Assembly: GCA_963693365.1 (NCBI GenBank)
Contig: CAVNZM010000017.1
Location: 310,001 to 374,000 of the forward strand
Reading direction: 5' to 3'
Origin: Amoebidium appalachense
Taxonomy: Eukaryota > Protista > Ichthyosporea
Length of the DNA: 64,000 bases
This document shows positions 63,415 to 64,000 of the stretch, one piece after another. The position numbers were made by a program, and so were the translations under genes. Position 1 is the first letter of the stretch; the number at the start of each line of letters is the position of its first letter. The notes under the pieces are model-generated. The model saw nothing but the letters and a program-made list of their open reading frames with translations, was not told the DNA's origin and did not search any database.

Positions 63415-64000
63415 TAGGTAGTGTGCATGTGTATGTGATGTGTTCGTGCTTACTTGTTATGTACTTCTCTGTGTGTATGTTTGTGTTTGTGTTACACGTT
63501 TGTTTGTTTTTGTGTGCACATGTGTATGTACACGTGCATGTGTGTTTGTGTTACTGTTAAGCTTTGTGTGTTTGTGTGTGCCTGTGTGCGTCTGTGTGTA
63601 CACGTGTTTGTGTTACGTGTGTGTGGTGGCATACGTGTTTGTTTGTGCTTGTGTACTATGTGTGCCTATGTGTGTAAACGTGAGTGTGTACATGTCTGTA
63701 CACCTGACATTATGTGTGTGTCAATGTGCGTGTTTTTTTTTGTGTGTGTGTTTTTGCACGTGTGTGGTGTGTAAATGTGTTGTGTGTACGCCGTATGTAC
63801 TATGTGTACGTGTATACACATCTTTGTTTTGTGTTTATTTGTTTGTGTGTGTGCTTGCGCGCGTGCACGTGGTTGTGTGTGTGTGTGCAGAGTGTGTGTG
63901 TCGCATGTCGCAGTTGTGTGGAATTCGCTGGGCGGTTTAATTGTGTGTGTGGTTGTGTGTTGTTATGTGTGACCCTCTTTTGGGTACTTTGTGTTTAGTG
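63415..64000. repeat. Degenerate TG-rich low-complexity tract
   Basis: Eroded (TG)n/(TTTG) sequence running to the end of the window. Confidence 0.8.

Overview
Eukaryotic, intron-rich DNA with GT-AG introns packed with (CA)n/(TG)n, (CT)n and poly-C/poly-G tracts. Most of the supplied ORF track is microsatellite noise, so I rebuilt the genes by hand from splice sites. Gene content (fungal-type low-MW thioredoxin reductase plus EGF-Ca/PAN extracellular proteins) suggests a unicellular opisthokont/holozoan protist; this is inference only. Genes: (1) an 8-exon acidic disordered protein with a degenerate RING-like Cys cluster (+, 1354-8635); (2) a 15-exon secreted protein with three bacterial-type NGGFE beta-sandwich domains, three EGF repeats and a PAN/Apple domain (+, 15711-28091); (3) EGF-protein remnants interrupted by a LINE RT fragment (36221-37776); (4) a mitochondrial ribosomal mS25/mL61-like gene (-, 38624-41434); (5) an 11-exon thioredoxin reductase (-, 42594-50035); (6) an ABCG half-transporter pseudogene (+, ~53393-59716) carrying a textbook Tc1/mariner excision footprint; and two short hypothetical ORFs. 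There are several MITEs, a nested foldback complex with a palindromic repeat array (30250-34315), and duplicated LINE 3' ends. The most unusual signals are the bacterial/EGF chimeric secreted protein, (CA)n-defined splice acceptors, tandem copies of splice junctions, and a sense-only intronic element carrying CTAAC. Single-base frameshifts in short coding homopolymers are probably assembly errors.
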